A DNA stretch of 64,000 nt from Adineta vaga (taxonomy: Eukaryota; Animalia; Rotifera): assembly GCA_021613535.1 (NCBI GenBank), contig CP075495.1, positions 3,162,001-3,226,000 on the forward strand, in the 5' to 3' direction. The notes beneath the pieces were generated by a model that saw only the letters and a program-made list of their open reading frames with translations, had not been told where the DNA came from and did not search any database. The stretch's first letter is position 1. Every line of letters begins with the position of its first letter. Below are positions 29,363 through 60,150 of the stretch, piece by piece. The position numbers and the translations under genes are program-made.

Positions 29363-30788
29363 ATGCTTATTATTCAACTGCTATTACCAATATTAATTGC
29401 TTCGTTAATCGAAAATGTTTTTCCACAAAATCAAGTAACAAAAACATCAACATTATCTACGATTGTATTCAATCGGCACGTCAACCAATCTGTTAGAAAA
29501 GTAAGAAGAAAAATCTTGAAACTAATATTAACAAGAATGAAGTGTTTTATAGATTGTAAATACGAATACATCAATTACAGTACGAAACGATGCTAAAACC
29601 TCATCGATTCCACAGGAAGTTACCGCTAATAGTGACTCGGAAAGTGATCAAATCAAAGATGAAATCTTTGTCAATGATTTATTAGAAACAGTTGATGAAC
29701 TAGCTGTTATAGATATTCCTAAACTTCATCATGGTCCACATTACGAATTAGATTGGATGTTTATTGATAAAGATACGATTCGTGTAACATTTCATCTTTA
29801 TTCTATTCCAACATCATTATTTGAAAATAATATTTATTCCGATACAAATCAACGAAAATCTAGTTTACTAGCATTGATGGCATCGATGCCGACTCGTCCA
29901 TTGAAGTCGATTACATCATTGAAATATTTTGTTTTTATTATTCGACCATATCATAAAACTCGTGAAATTATTTTAAAAACAGAAAAATTAGTTGCCAAAA
30001 ATACAACAGAAAATCCGTATCCTCATTTTTCCAATTCATTATTATTAACAGCATTGAATAATCATGAAAAATACAGTATTTGCATATCATATTATCAAAC
30101 AAATCATTCAATAAAAATACCTGATCTACTTCTTTGTCAAGATATTATTAATGATTATGCAAAATTTGCTGAATTAAAAACAGATATAAAACATGGACTT
30201 CTTTTCATTACAACACAATATTCCATTATAATTGCATTACTTGTCGTTTTACAAAGTGTTTTTACAATAAGAAAACGTCGTCTAGCACAAGTCGTTGCAA
30301 AACATTTTACTACAACAGCACATAGTATTCGTTCTACGCTTTCATCTGTTAGTCTTGTACGGCAATCATTTTCATCCTTGGATGCAGCAGGTGAACATCA
30401 TCATCATCATCATCATAATACAAATAATCAAGCAGTTCCACGTGAACCAACGATTGAAGAAGAAACAAAAATAAAAAAACGAATCATTTCTTCACCAGCG
30501 ATCGTTCTTAATGAACCATCAATAGAAACTGATCATGAAGCTACCAATGCTGATGAAAATGAACCATTTCTAAAACGAGTATCGAGTAAAAACCATGTAC
30601 ATTTTCTACTTGGTCCTGGTGAAGAAGATGACGATGGAGGCAATGAAGATATTCAAATCAATCCACCACAAACATCTACATCCGTAGAACCGTACAGTGA
30701 TCAATCGGATGCACTTCTATCTATGGCACATATTTTAGATACAAATAAACCATGGTCTCGACACTGTCAACAAACATCACCCGTCTAA
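29363..30788 (+). CDS. Uncharacterised single-pass type I membrane protein; two exons
   Basis: Hydrophobic N-terminus MLIIQLLLPILIASLI; GT-AG intron at about 29500-29551; long open second exon with one TM segment (LLFITTQYSIIIALLVVLQSVFTI) followed by RKRR. Confidence 0.75.
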
Positions 30789-31175
30789 TTATTACAAAAA
30801 ATGTCTTTCACATCTGAAATATTTTATATCATCTCTTGAAAACAAAAGTATTGTTCTCTCCAGTATATTTATAGATCAACAAGAAAAATAGAATTAAATC
30901 ACACCCTCATACACGTTAAGAAAGGCGACAAGAACTATAAACGCATTCAGAAATTGAATCAAATCTCATATGTATATGTCAATAGAGAAAAAAAACGAAC
31001 ATCAGAATGAAAGCAGCAAAAAAAGTAACTAATTATATTCATGTTGATAAGTTTTGCTTCAAATGAATATAAAAAACGAATTGATCTATTGATTAGGTGA
31101 GAACAGAAAAGGAAAGAAAGATTTATAACAAAATAGAATTTGCCCATTACTAAAACAAAACGGAATTGAATACGA

Positions 31176-36340
<5,165 letters not shown>

Positions 36341-36868
36341 TTAATCGTATGATTTCGTCGAATATGGCTCATTGTCTAGAAATTATCAGATGAGTTACAT
36401 TACAAGACAAAAATTTTTCATCGTCGTACTTGTTCTGTATTCAATCTTTAACAAAAAGATATGAATTTTGAATGGTTCATGAAATTCCAATCGATTAATT
36501 TGATTTAATAGGAAATTTCCGTTTTCTTATTTATTTATTTATTTATTTTTTGGACGTTTTCGTAATTCTTATGAAATTCTAGACAACTAACTCCATCTAT
36601 ATTACAGATAATTTTAGCAAATATTCTTTCTAACTGACAAATGAATCGATTTCATATCTGATGTCAGTAATAATATATGGAATAGATTATCGAAAGTATT
36701 TTCATGTTATATGGCGACATCTGGTTCTGTCAAACAGAATGAATACATACATATATATATATATATATATACTTGTTTTCATACATGTGATTCCATTTCA
36801 TAACAAACGAATCGATCAAGTGAAGTGTTGAGTACTCTCTCTTTTCTTTTATACCTTATTCACTCAGA

Positions 36869-38583
36869 ATGAATCAAGATGAAGTCGATGATCAAGAAGA
36901 TAAAATAATACCAGGAACATTAATTCAATCGTCGGATGATTCGACTCATGAAAATTTTCATCATCATACATCGCATCATCATCGACATTCACTCAGTTAT
37001 GCTCCTGCTTCATTAGTTGAAGTAAGATTCTATTCTACTTGAAAACAGGTAATATAACGTCTGTTATTCAGCTTCATGTTCATCTCGATGGATCGTTCCG
37101 TCATACGACCTTATTCGAATTAGCACAAAAAAAAGGTTGCAAAATTCGTTGACAAATTTATTAAAATCAACATTTTTTGCACTCTCCTTTCAGGTATACA
37201 ACTTCCGAATGGTATGGAACCGACATTAGAAAATTTCATGCCGTAATTTGAATCATTGAATAAAACGATTGTTTTCATTTATCTTGTCTGATATTTCTTC
37301 TCTGTTAGATATATTTGCATTCAATCAGCATGTAAATCTCTTGCTGAATTTCTCGAGAAATTTCCGTTTTTCACACCCATTGTTGCTGGTGATGTCGAAG
37401 CACTTGAACGTGTCGCATATGAATTCGTTGAAGATCAAGCTATTCAAGGTGTACTCTATACGGAAACTCGGTATAGTCCACATTATCTAACTGGCGATAA
37501 ACTTACACCAGAACAGGTTAGAATTTAATTGTTAGAATTGAAGAAAAAAAAGCATGTCTTTTAATCCGTTTTGAAAAGGTTATCGAAGCAATTAATAAAG
37601 GTTTACGACGAGGAATGCAAGAATTTTCAGTTGATGTTCGATCTATTTTATGTTGTATACGACAACATCCGGAATGGTATGTTTGAAATTTGAAACGCAT
37701 CTGTTATTTTTCTCTCTATACGATAACGTATCTCGAATCTTATTGATGCCCTTGATAATAAATATTTACCTTCTAGAATATAAATGCTATAGTTAAATTA
37801 AAACGAAGATTTTTTCGTGTAACCAAAAAAAACATTGGGCAATGAGATCGAAAAAATATCCAAAGAAAATATTTACTAATTGTTCTCTTCAGGTCAATGG
37901 AAACTGTTGATTTTGCTGAAAAATATCGTTCATCAGGTGTTGTTGGTATTGATCTTGCTGGTGATGAACATAATTATCCAATAGAACCTCATGTTCCAGC
38001 ATTTAAACATGCACTTAAACTTGGCATTCATCGTACCGTACATGCGGGTGAAACAGGTTCAGCTGAATCTGTTCGTCAAGCTATTGAATTATGCCATGCG
38101 GAACGTATTGGTCATGGTTATGCTATTATCGATGATCCATCTGTATATGATTTAGTTCGTAATCATGATATTCATCTTGAATGTTGTTTAACTTCTTCAA
38201 TTCAAACTAATGCCGTAGAAAAATATATTCCAAAAGATAGTGAAAAGAGTGAAAAACATTTTTTTCTAAATGGTGTAATAACGAAAACAAAATTACATAC
38301 ACATATTCGTTCTAAGAAAGAAATCTGGCATCCAATTCATCATTTTGCTCGTGATTGTTTAAATTTTTCATTATCACGTGATGATCCGTCAGTTTTACAA
38401 ATAACAAATGAACATGAGAATGAACATGCATTAGCTGATTTAAAATTATCACCAGCACAATTAACACAATGTATTTTCAATGCAGCACGATCAACATTTT
38501 TAAATGATCAGGGAAAGAAAATATTAATTCAACGTCTGCTTTTAAATTACCTTCCAGAAGTAGTACGACAAAAACATATGTAA
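36869..38583 (+). CDS. ADA: Adenosine deaminase; multi-exon
   Basis: Spliced ELHVHLDGS, ETRYSPH, VVGIDLAGDE, RTVHAGE, RIGHG and DDP give all metal/catalytic motifs. Confidence 0.92.
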
Positions 38584-39625
38584 TATCTGATTATTTATTA
38601 ACAAGATATATATCTTTTTAGTGTATATTGTAACTATTACAATATCATTTTTAATTAGTTATTGATTGTATCTTGCATGAAATTGATTAATAAATCAAAA
38701 GAATTCTTCTCAGATTTGATTACAAGCTTTTATTGAAAATTGAAATGCAAAAAACAAGGTCGATATTTACTTCTAACGAACAGTTGGTTGTTTTTTTCAC
38801 ACAATTAATATAAGAACACCGAGAGCGAAAAATGAAGAATGGCACACTACTTATATAATGCAAAATATATGACAATCACTATACTATTTGAAATATTTTT
38901 CATTTTTTTAAACATGTCTTCAGGTATTTTCTTTCTTCTTCTGCTAATTAAATTACCACAACAAAACATTGTTCAATACAGATGAAGCCAATAATTCTCC
39001 CTCTCCACTTCAAACTTGATTGTCAATGCTTATGCAATCGAAAAATATTTCAAAAGCTACGTTTGAAATGATGAAATTCTAATATGTAGTATAAATATAT
39101 CCATCAATTTTAACCACAAATTTCATTTTGTGGTAAGTTAATTTGATAAGATAAAATATTTTAACGATAGATGTCCTAAATGTATATTGAACAGTTGTGT
39201 TATATGAACCGATAAAGGTTTCACTGTATAGCCAATAAGAAGTGTTTAATTGAGAATAAAGAAAGAGAAGGAGGAGAAGAAGAAGAAGAAAAATCGATTG
39301 ATCGATCGATCAGTCTAGTGCATAAAGAAACATGAAATAAGAAGAAGAAAAAAAGGATTTTTATTCAATTCTGTAAGTTATGAAGAATTTTCAAAATGCT
39401 GTTTGAATATTTGAGAGGAAAAAGCTAAGAACCATTACGCCCTGACGTGCATACGCGCTGACGGAGGAGAGAAGAAAAAGAAAGAAAAATCTACTTCTTG
39501 CAATTCAACACATTTCATTGTCGATTTATTTGCCTGAAACATATGAAGAAAAATAAATAATAAATAAAACTATTTTTCTCTTTTTCAGATTAATTATGTC
39601 GACTATTTAATTGTTCGATTGAAAT

Positions 39626-41034
39626 ATGTCTACAACCGCTTATCGAAGTACTCATTCATCACGATCTTTTACTCGACAACATACTCGAAAATCATCAATT
39701 CCTAATCCAATTCTTCCAACCATGATAAATGATTCAAGAGATTTTTCATCATCGATAAATAATAATATTCGTCCACCTATTTCACATATGCGAGAATCTT
39801 CATCCATAAATTCAATTATTTCATCTCCATCTTTTCCTGATAAAAAATTTTCAATCGAAAATTCTTCAAATGAAAATCTCAATAATCCAATCGCTAAACA
39901 ACCCTATACATTCAGTAATCCACCACGTGAACTTCAACGACAATCAATTCAAAATATGAAATATCTACGTCATACACGATTACGTCAACGTGTTTCATCA
40001 GCTCCTGATGAAAATTCTTTTCAAAATTCTCCACGTTCAACTCATTATCAACAAAAACCATCATCAGCAAATCAATCCTCAACACCACGTTCACATGAAG
40101 AGAATCTTCTTCCACCATTACCATTACATCAATTAATTAAACGTGATGAACAACAGAAAACTTCATTGAATGCTTTATTGAAGGAACAAGAACGATCAAG
40201 AGTTCCTAAAGCTGTACAAAAACGTCGAATTATTTTACTTTTTCGTCGTTTACCATCGTCTTCGACACCACCAATACTATCACCGAGACAACAACAAAAT
40301 TCTCCAAGAAATCAATCAGATAGAATCTCAAATGATATTCAACAACAAGAAAAGAAATTAACAGATGATCTTCCCTATCCAACAAATAATCAAAGTAAAT
40401 AAATGATTTTCTTGAAAGAAAAAAAAAACAAATCCATAAATAATTTCTTTTCAAAGCATCTTCAACAACAGATTCATTTCCTAATGATCCATTCTATGGT
40501 TTTGATCAAGCGGAAATTGCTGATTCTAAACAAATAGCTGCTATACTTGCTAATATGCAATCATTAGATGAATGGATACCAAATACTGTCAATGGTGGAA
40601 CATCTCCTCGACATCAACACAAAACTTTCGATCCGAAAAAATACGAATACGTTGCGAAAAATTCCTTGGACACAGCAACATTTAAACTTTCACCTCGTAC
40701 TTTAAAACCAGCTGAAGAACTCGCTGCACGTTCACGTTTCTCACAAAATTATCGCTATGAAATGCTTTCTAGTGCAAATGCTCAGATTCCGCCATTGATG
40801 GCATCGATTGTAGCTGAAAATAATAATTCAATTGGAATCAATACTACTAATGATAAAACGTATACATTTAGATTTAATTCAACAACAACGATGAAAAAAC
40901 CAAGTTCACTCGATGATATAGAATCAATAGCATCAACAATGGATGGTGAACAAGTTCAATTATGTTTCGATGAAATACTGAAATGTTTCTACGATCCGTA
41001 CACGGGCACATATTATGAACTAACGTCTACCTAA
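39626..41034 (+). CDS. Low-complexity Ser/Arg/Gln-rich protein with CFAP20DC-like C-terminal motif; two exons
   Basis: 258-aa ORF, a short intron near 40395-40456, and a second exon ending VQLCFDEILKCFYDPYTGTYYELTST. Confidence 0.7.
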
Positions 41035-42790
41035 ATAGTGCATCGACATATATATATATATTTAACAAAGTCGTAAAACTCTAAGACAAATTTGTCTTCC
41101 AAAACTAAAAACCTACATCACATTTAATTCATATCTCTAATTGCATTTTTTGTTGCTTTAGTTTTCGCAGTGATACTGATTTACTTTTATTTTGTTTTGT
41201 TTTCTTAGTGTATGATACCGTCCACTATATGTTACGTATATATTTTTTTCTTGTGTTCCTTCAAATGATCTATTTATCATAATGTATTTCTAAGGTCAAG
41301 AAACCGACACTGACACAAAAAAGAATGAATAGTGAATAATGATCTGCTTATTGCGTTTTATTCGCATTTTTTTTCTTCTTCTTCTTCTTTATCTTTCCGA
41401 TGTGATAAGAGAAAAAAAAACACAGAATTTCTAATCTCTCTTTCGGTTACTTTTCGTTCGCTTGTTGTCGATGCTTATCGATCGTAAATCCCTCTTATTT
41501 GTTTTGGCGATTGAACAACAACTCAATAGACGCACACTGAGAGATGTATACATACGTAGACTGGCCATTTACTAAATCGAATTTCTTTTTCTTTCATAGT
41601 TTCAAGTAAGAGAACATTGATCGATGTGACATTTAAGACGATATAGAGAAAGAAGAAGAATTCAAATACATTCGTATTTGTTTTGTCCGAAAAATGATCA
41701 AAAAAGACAGTTTCTTTTTTCGTATCTCATCGTCTGTCATTTTCTTTAATTTAAATTAGATTTGTTCTTATCCCGTTAAGGTTCGTTAGTATAACGTTAG
41801 AAGTACATCCTTTGTCACCCTCTTGAGGAAGAAGAGAGAGGGACATAGAAAATTCATATACATGAAGAGAAAGTAGACATCATCATCATCATCATCAAGA
41901 ATGGTTATGTGTACAGGCGCAAAGGAAAGAGACTAAGTGCTGATGTGTTAACATGATTACACTTGTCTATGTGTCGGACAGCATCGACATCAAATGTGCG
42001 TTCGTTGCTGCCAACAACGATGGCGTGTATAGAAAAAAGAAAGAAGCAAAAGAGAAGTAGGATTGTTTAGTTATATGCATCCTTTTGATGAAGAATGGTT
42101 CGATTTCAAAGTGAAAGCAGCTGTTTGAAGCTTGATTTTCAGACGCTTATCATTCAATGGTCGGTATAGTGCGATGATGATTTGCGTATGAAAGAAATAG
42201 CAGAAGAAAAATGAGAAGAAGGAGAAAAGAAACATGTTATAGGAAGACAAAAAAAAATCAGAGAAGATCTAAGAACAAGAAGTGAGCACTAGCTTTCTTT
42301 CTTTTTTTTTTGCTTCGCTCTATGTCAATATATGAATACCCATCTTCTATCCCTAATTGTACCCATCTACGTTCCACCTCCATATATATCTTTTTTTTTG
42401 CTTCATGAGTATGTACACATTTGGTAATCACATCTTAATCATATTCTCGGCAATGGCTAGTGTCAAGGTAAAAGAATCTATCAATATAGATTCGCACTTC
42501 ACGTTTTTATAAAACATTTGCCTTCCTCATAATACTAATGGCATTTCTTTCACTTGACAGTTTACTCCCGAATGAGAAGAAGTACGAAAAGTTAATGTAT
42601 CAATTGTCATTTTAGATGTTAACTAGTGACATTAACAACAATTTCAACATCAACATCCTATTATGTAAGTTAATTACTCATTATTGAGAGATCATTTTTT
42701 GACCTTTTCATATTGATGACTTATCATGGTTTTTACTTTTAGATTTCAAATATTTTTATTAAAATACTATACATACACATACAATAAACA

Positions 42791-51368
<8,578 letters not shown>

Positions 51369-52541
51369 AACAACATTTTTTTTTGCTTTGTACTTTCTCT
51401 TATATTTTTGATCTGAATTCTTTCTATTTTTTGTTTAACATCAATCTATATATAACGATATACATAGATGTATGTTCATTGTTTATGCAATCAAAGTGTA
51501 TTTGATCGAAATTTGTGTAATGAAGTTTGTTTTGTTCTGGAATTTTTTCTTCTCATCTCTTTTTCCCTCTCATATGTGTGTGAGTGTGTGTATGTATAAT
51601 GATGATAAATAACTACGAATATAAAATCAAATAAAATATCATCACTCTTTTCTTTTTGTTCCTGTCAGATATTCAATTCAATGCTACATGTGTGGATTTT
51701 TTGTATATTCAATTTGTTTAAGCCATTCGATTGACATTCCTTTGTTTATTACAGTCTGTGCAATGTTATCCACTACCTATTTGATGTGCATCCTGTTCTT
51801 ATATATGTTTATTCCTTTTGATTTGCTGTTTGTTTTCGGGAATGAATATCAAAATTTAAGATAAATAAAAAAGTTGTATTTCACAAATACTTTCATATAT
51901 TATATGTTCTGCTGATATCTGATAGACTAAATTTTTAATGATTCATACCTGGTCTTTCGTTCGTTAAAATCCATAGCGCTACAATCGCTTCAAGAGATAA
52001 AGAATTATACTCAATGATAATTACAGATTTTTATCAGTTATTTTCCATGAAAACCACTAATTTGAATTTTTAATATATTTTCATACCAAGACTGCAATAA
52101 TTAGTTAGAACTGAGTAGGTGGATATAAACCTCCTTGAAGAGATAAAATTTTAACGTCATCAAACTTATTCTGTCGAAGAAAAACAATTTGCGAGAAGGT
52201 CAAATATCAGATTCTAGTCAATCGTTAAACTATGGACCATATAGAACTATACATATCAGTAGATAACGGTAACAAGACGAACAAAAACATATAATATGGC
52301 TAAACTGCGAGATCTCTTCCAAACTCGTCTTATACTCTTCTTCCTCTATCGACATTAGTATGTCCGTTTCGAGTACATTTCATGATAATGTTCGAGGCCA
52401 GTGCAGTTTTTAACTCTTATTCTCTCGAATATAAACTTTCACTCCTATTCCAGTTAACTGTCTCTTCTCCTCACATTCTATTCATTAACTTCTAGATCAC
52501 CTTTTTACATCATTTTCGAAATATCACTCTGTGATCTATAA

Positions 52542-54180
<1,639 letters not shown>

Positions 54181-54849
54181 ATTAAGCATTACTTTCGCAG
54201 ACATTTATCAGGAAATGAAAGACAACACTTGTATAAATATCAGTTAAGAACATTGGAAACTTGTTTTATCGTTCCACTTTGTCTATTATCTAATGGGAGA
54301 AGAATGGTGAGGAAAAGTTTTTTTCGTCGACAAATCTTATCTACGGTTTATATATTTTTTTTCTTTATTTCCGTACTAACGATGAATGTTTACTTTCACT
54401 ATTATAGTCTTTTTCGTTTGTTTTTCTGTTTCTTGTTATTCATCGTTGAATCTTTACCTTTTCTCATGCATACCAATACTTTCGGGTTCTATTTTTTTTT
54501 ATACATTTGTCTATCGTAATGATAACGCCTGATATGTTTGCGAAAATATGTCTTGAATTTTCTTTATCTCTATTCTATTCTTCAATTCATGCCTACTTAA
54601 ATCGAAAATGATCGTTTTCAAGTTACATGAGAACGATGTTCTTTCTGAGTACGTGATTATGAATAGAATAAGTTTGAGATTCAAGTTTTTTCAAGATTAT
54701 ATGATAGTAAAAAAAAGAGATAAAATAAATGTAATCGTAACAACATAAACCAACTGTTTATTTTTCTAGGATAATTATTATTTTTAATTATATCTATTTG
54801 ATTACATATTTTCTAGATTTTCACTCATTTATCTTCTCGTTCGGAATAA

Positions 54850-56498
<1,649 letters not shown>

Positions 56499-56602
56499 AC
56501 AACTGATATACCAACCGTTTCATTTTATAAAACAAAAAATTATTGTTAACCATCTTTTAGTTTTTTTTTCTTTTTGAAAGTGTGTGTTTCTTGTAGAAGT
56601 GC

Positions 56603-56627
56603 AACTAACTAACTAACTAACTAACTA
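56603..56627. repeat. (AACT)n tetranucleotide repeat downstream of eEF1A copy 2
   Basis: About six AACT units read directly. Confidence 0.85.
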
Positions 56628-57958
56628 TCAGAAAATATCTAGTGAATTCTTTTCTTTTCTCTATTATCAAATAAGTCAGTTGTTACTTCTTTGTTGTTAT
56701 CCTCTTTTTTCATTGTTATATTATGTTTTTGCGACGAGAGAAAAAAAGAGAAAAAGAATGTCTAATATTATGGAAGAATGATATTTATTTTCACAATCGT
56801 TTCGTGTGTGCCTATGATACCATCCGTTAGTTTTTTCATTTGTGTCTTCATGTTATTTTCATCCATCATTGACTTGATTGAAAGAGAGAACAACTTTATT
56901 CTCTTTCATACAAATAAAAAACTATTGCACACATTTTCCGAAAAAAATTACATTTTATTTCGTACAAAAAAAGAGAAAAACAACTTAATTAATCAAGATT
57001 CTCTAAATGTTAGTGTAGTTTGCTCAGTAAATACTAATTAAACATTGTTTAACATGTCAATAATAGTTCGCAGTGCGACCAGAATATCTGCTTGGTAAAT
57101 GTTAGGAATCGTTTTTTGAGGTATTTTTTTTTCTTTTAGCGTTAAAGAAACTCATAAAAATGTAGGATTACATATAGTGATGGTGTATATTTTTTAACAG
57201 TTGTTTTAGTTGAATATAAAATGCAGAAAAAATGAAAATATTCCATCGAAAGACAGCGAATATTTTTTAAAGCTTCAGATTTATAAAAACAACTGTGCTA
57301 CTTTTTATGCATCATACTTTTTTTTCCTATTCAGAAGAAGTACTTTTTCAATAAAGCCATAATACTGCGCACTGTCAAACAAAACACAAGAAACAAATAT
57401 TCCAATGTGATTATAAATTTCGGTACCGAGTGAGTAGATCAAAGTGTCAATACTGAAAAGAAAAAATTCAAAAGTGATGTATTTCTTCTTCATCGCATAT
57501 ATTATCTATTCAATAGTAGGAGGAAAAAGAACCACCCCTTTAACATCATTATTGACTTTTCACAATAGTACGAAATGCTTATTGTCACAGGATAACATCG
57601 CGTATTATGTATATTTCCCTATTATTTTCATTGATTATTATATATGACGGATATTGCACCAATCAGATGTGAAAGAGTAACGTGTAGATTACGGTAGAAA
57701 CTTCTATTTACCTTATTTGTGTCTGGTGAGTAATGCACTGGCTAAATTTCTTTCTTACATGGGTTTGTTTTCATGTTTTAATTTTCTTTTACGTACTCAA
57801 CGAGTTCGACAGGTGATTATAAATCGTATTTATTCATTCTTTCTTTCCTAACAACGCATACAGCATTTGCAAAAGAAAACAAAGTATATGTTCTCTTCCT
57901 TCTTACACAACATGTCATCATACTTATATTCTTTCGCAAGTCTGTTGCAATGGCGAAC

Positions 57959-57967
57959 GTATAAATA
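57959..57967 (+). promoter_or_regulatory. Putative TATA box of eEF1A copy 3
   Basis: GTATAAATA about 100 nt upstream of the ATG. Weak evidence in an AT-rich genome. Confidence 0.3.
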
Positions 57968-58042
57968 CACTACTGTGCAAAATTTTATTGTTTCATTCTG
58001 CGTTCGGTTTTTTCTTGATCACACGCTTTAACTTTGAAATAA

Positions 58043-59698
<1,656 letters not shown>

Positions 59699-60150
59699 CA
59701 AACGCAGCAATTTCCTAAACACACATCACGAACTGATGAATTATATTTCTATTTGTCTCAATTAAAAACAGTTCAATCAATTATAGTTATTCAACTTTTC
59801 TTAAATGTACTCTGGGAAAGACAACGACAACCAAAAGACTCTTTCTCTATAAAGTTTAAGCTCTTAAGTTCCTTTTAACTCTTTTCCCTTTCATTTCTCT
59901 AACGAACCTTTTTAGTTATTAATGTAAGCAATGATTCTTAATTGCATTTTTTCGTGATGTCAAGATCGTACGTGTTTTCGAGATTTCTTTTTGCATTTGT
60001 TTTCTTTTACTGTTAATCATTTATATTATCAATAACAAGAAGGACATTTTAACGATGAAAAAAAAGAATAAAATGAAGATCACACTAAATCTTTATATTT
60101 CTTTTCTAATAATAAAGCGCTCAGTATTTTATTTGATTTGAGGCTATAAA

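Noticed and set aside
39292-39312. ATCGATTGATCGATCGATC palindromic run
   Set aside because: ATCGAT/TCGA words are frequent throughout the window, so this run is not distinctive.
57305-57493. Minus-strand exon-like segment (IDTLIYSLGTEIYNHIG...) between eEF1A copies 2 and 3
   Set aside because: It has plausible splice sites but no flanking in-frame exons or recognisable homology.
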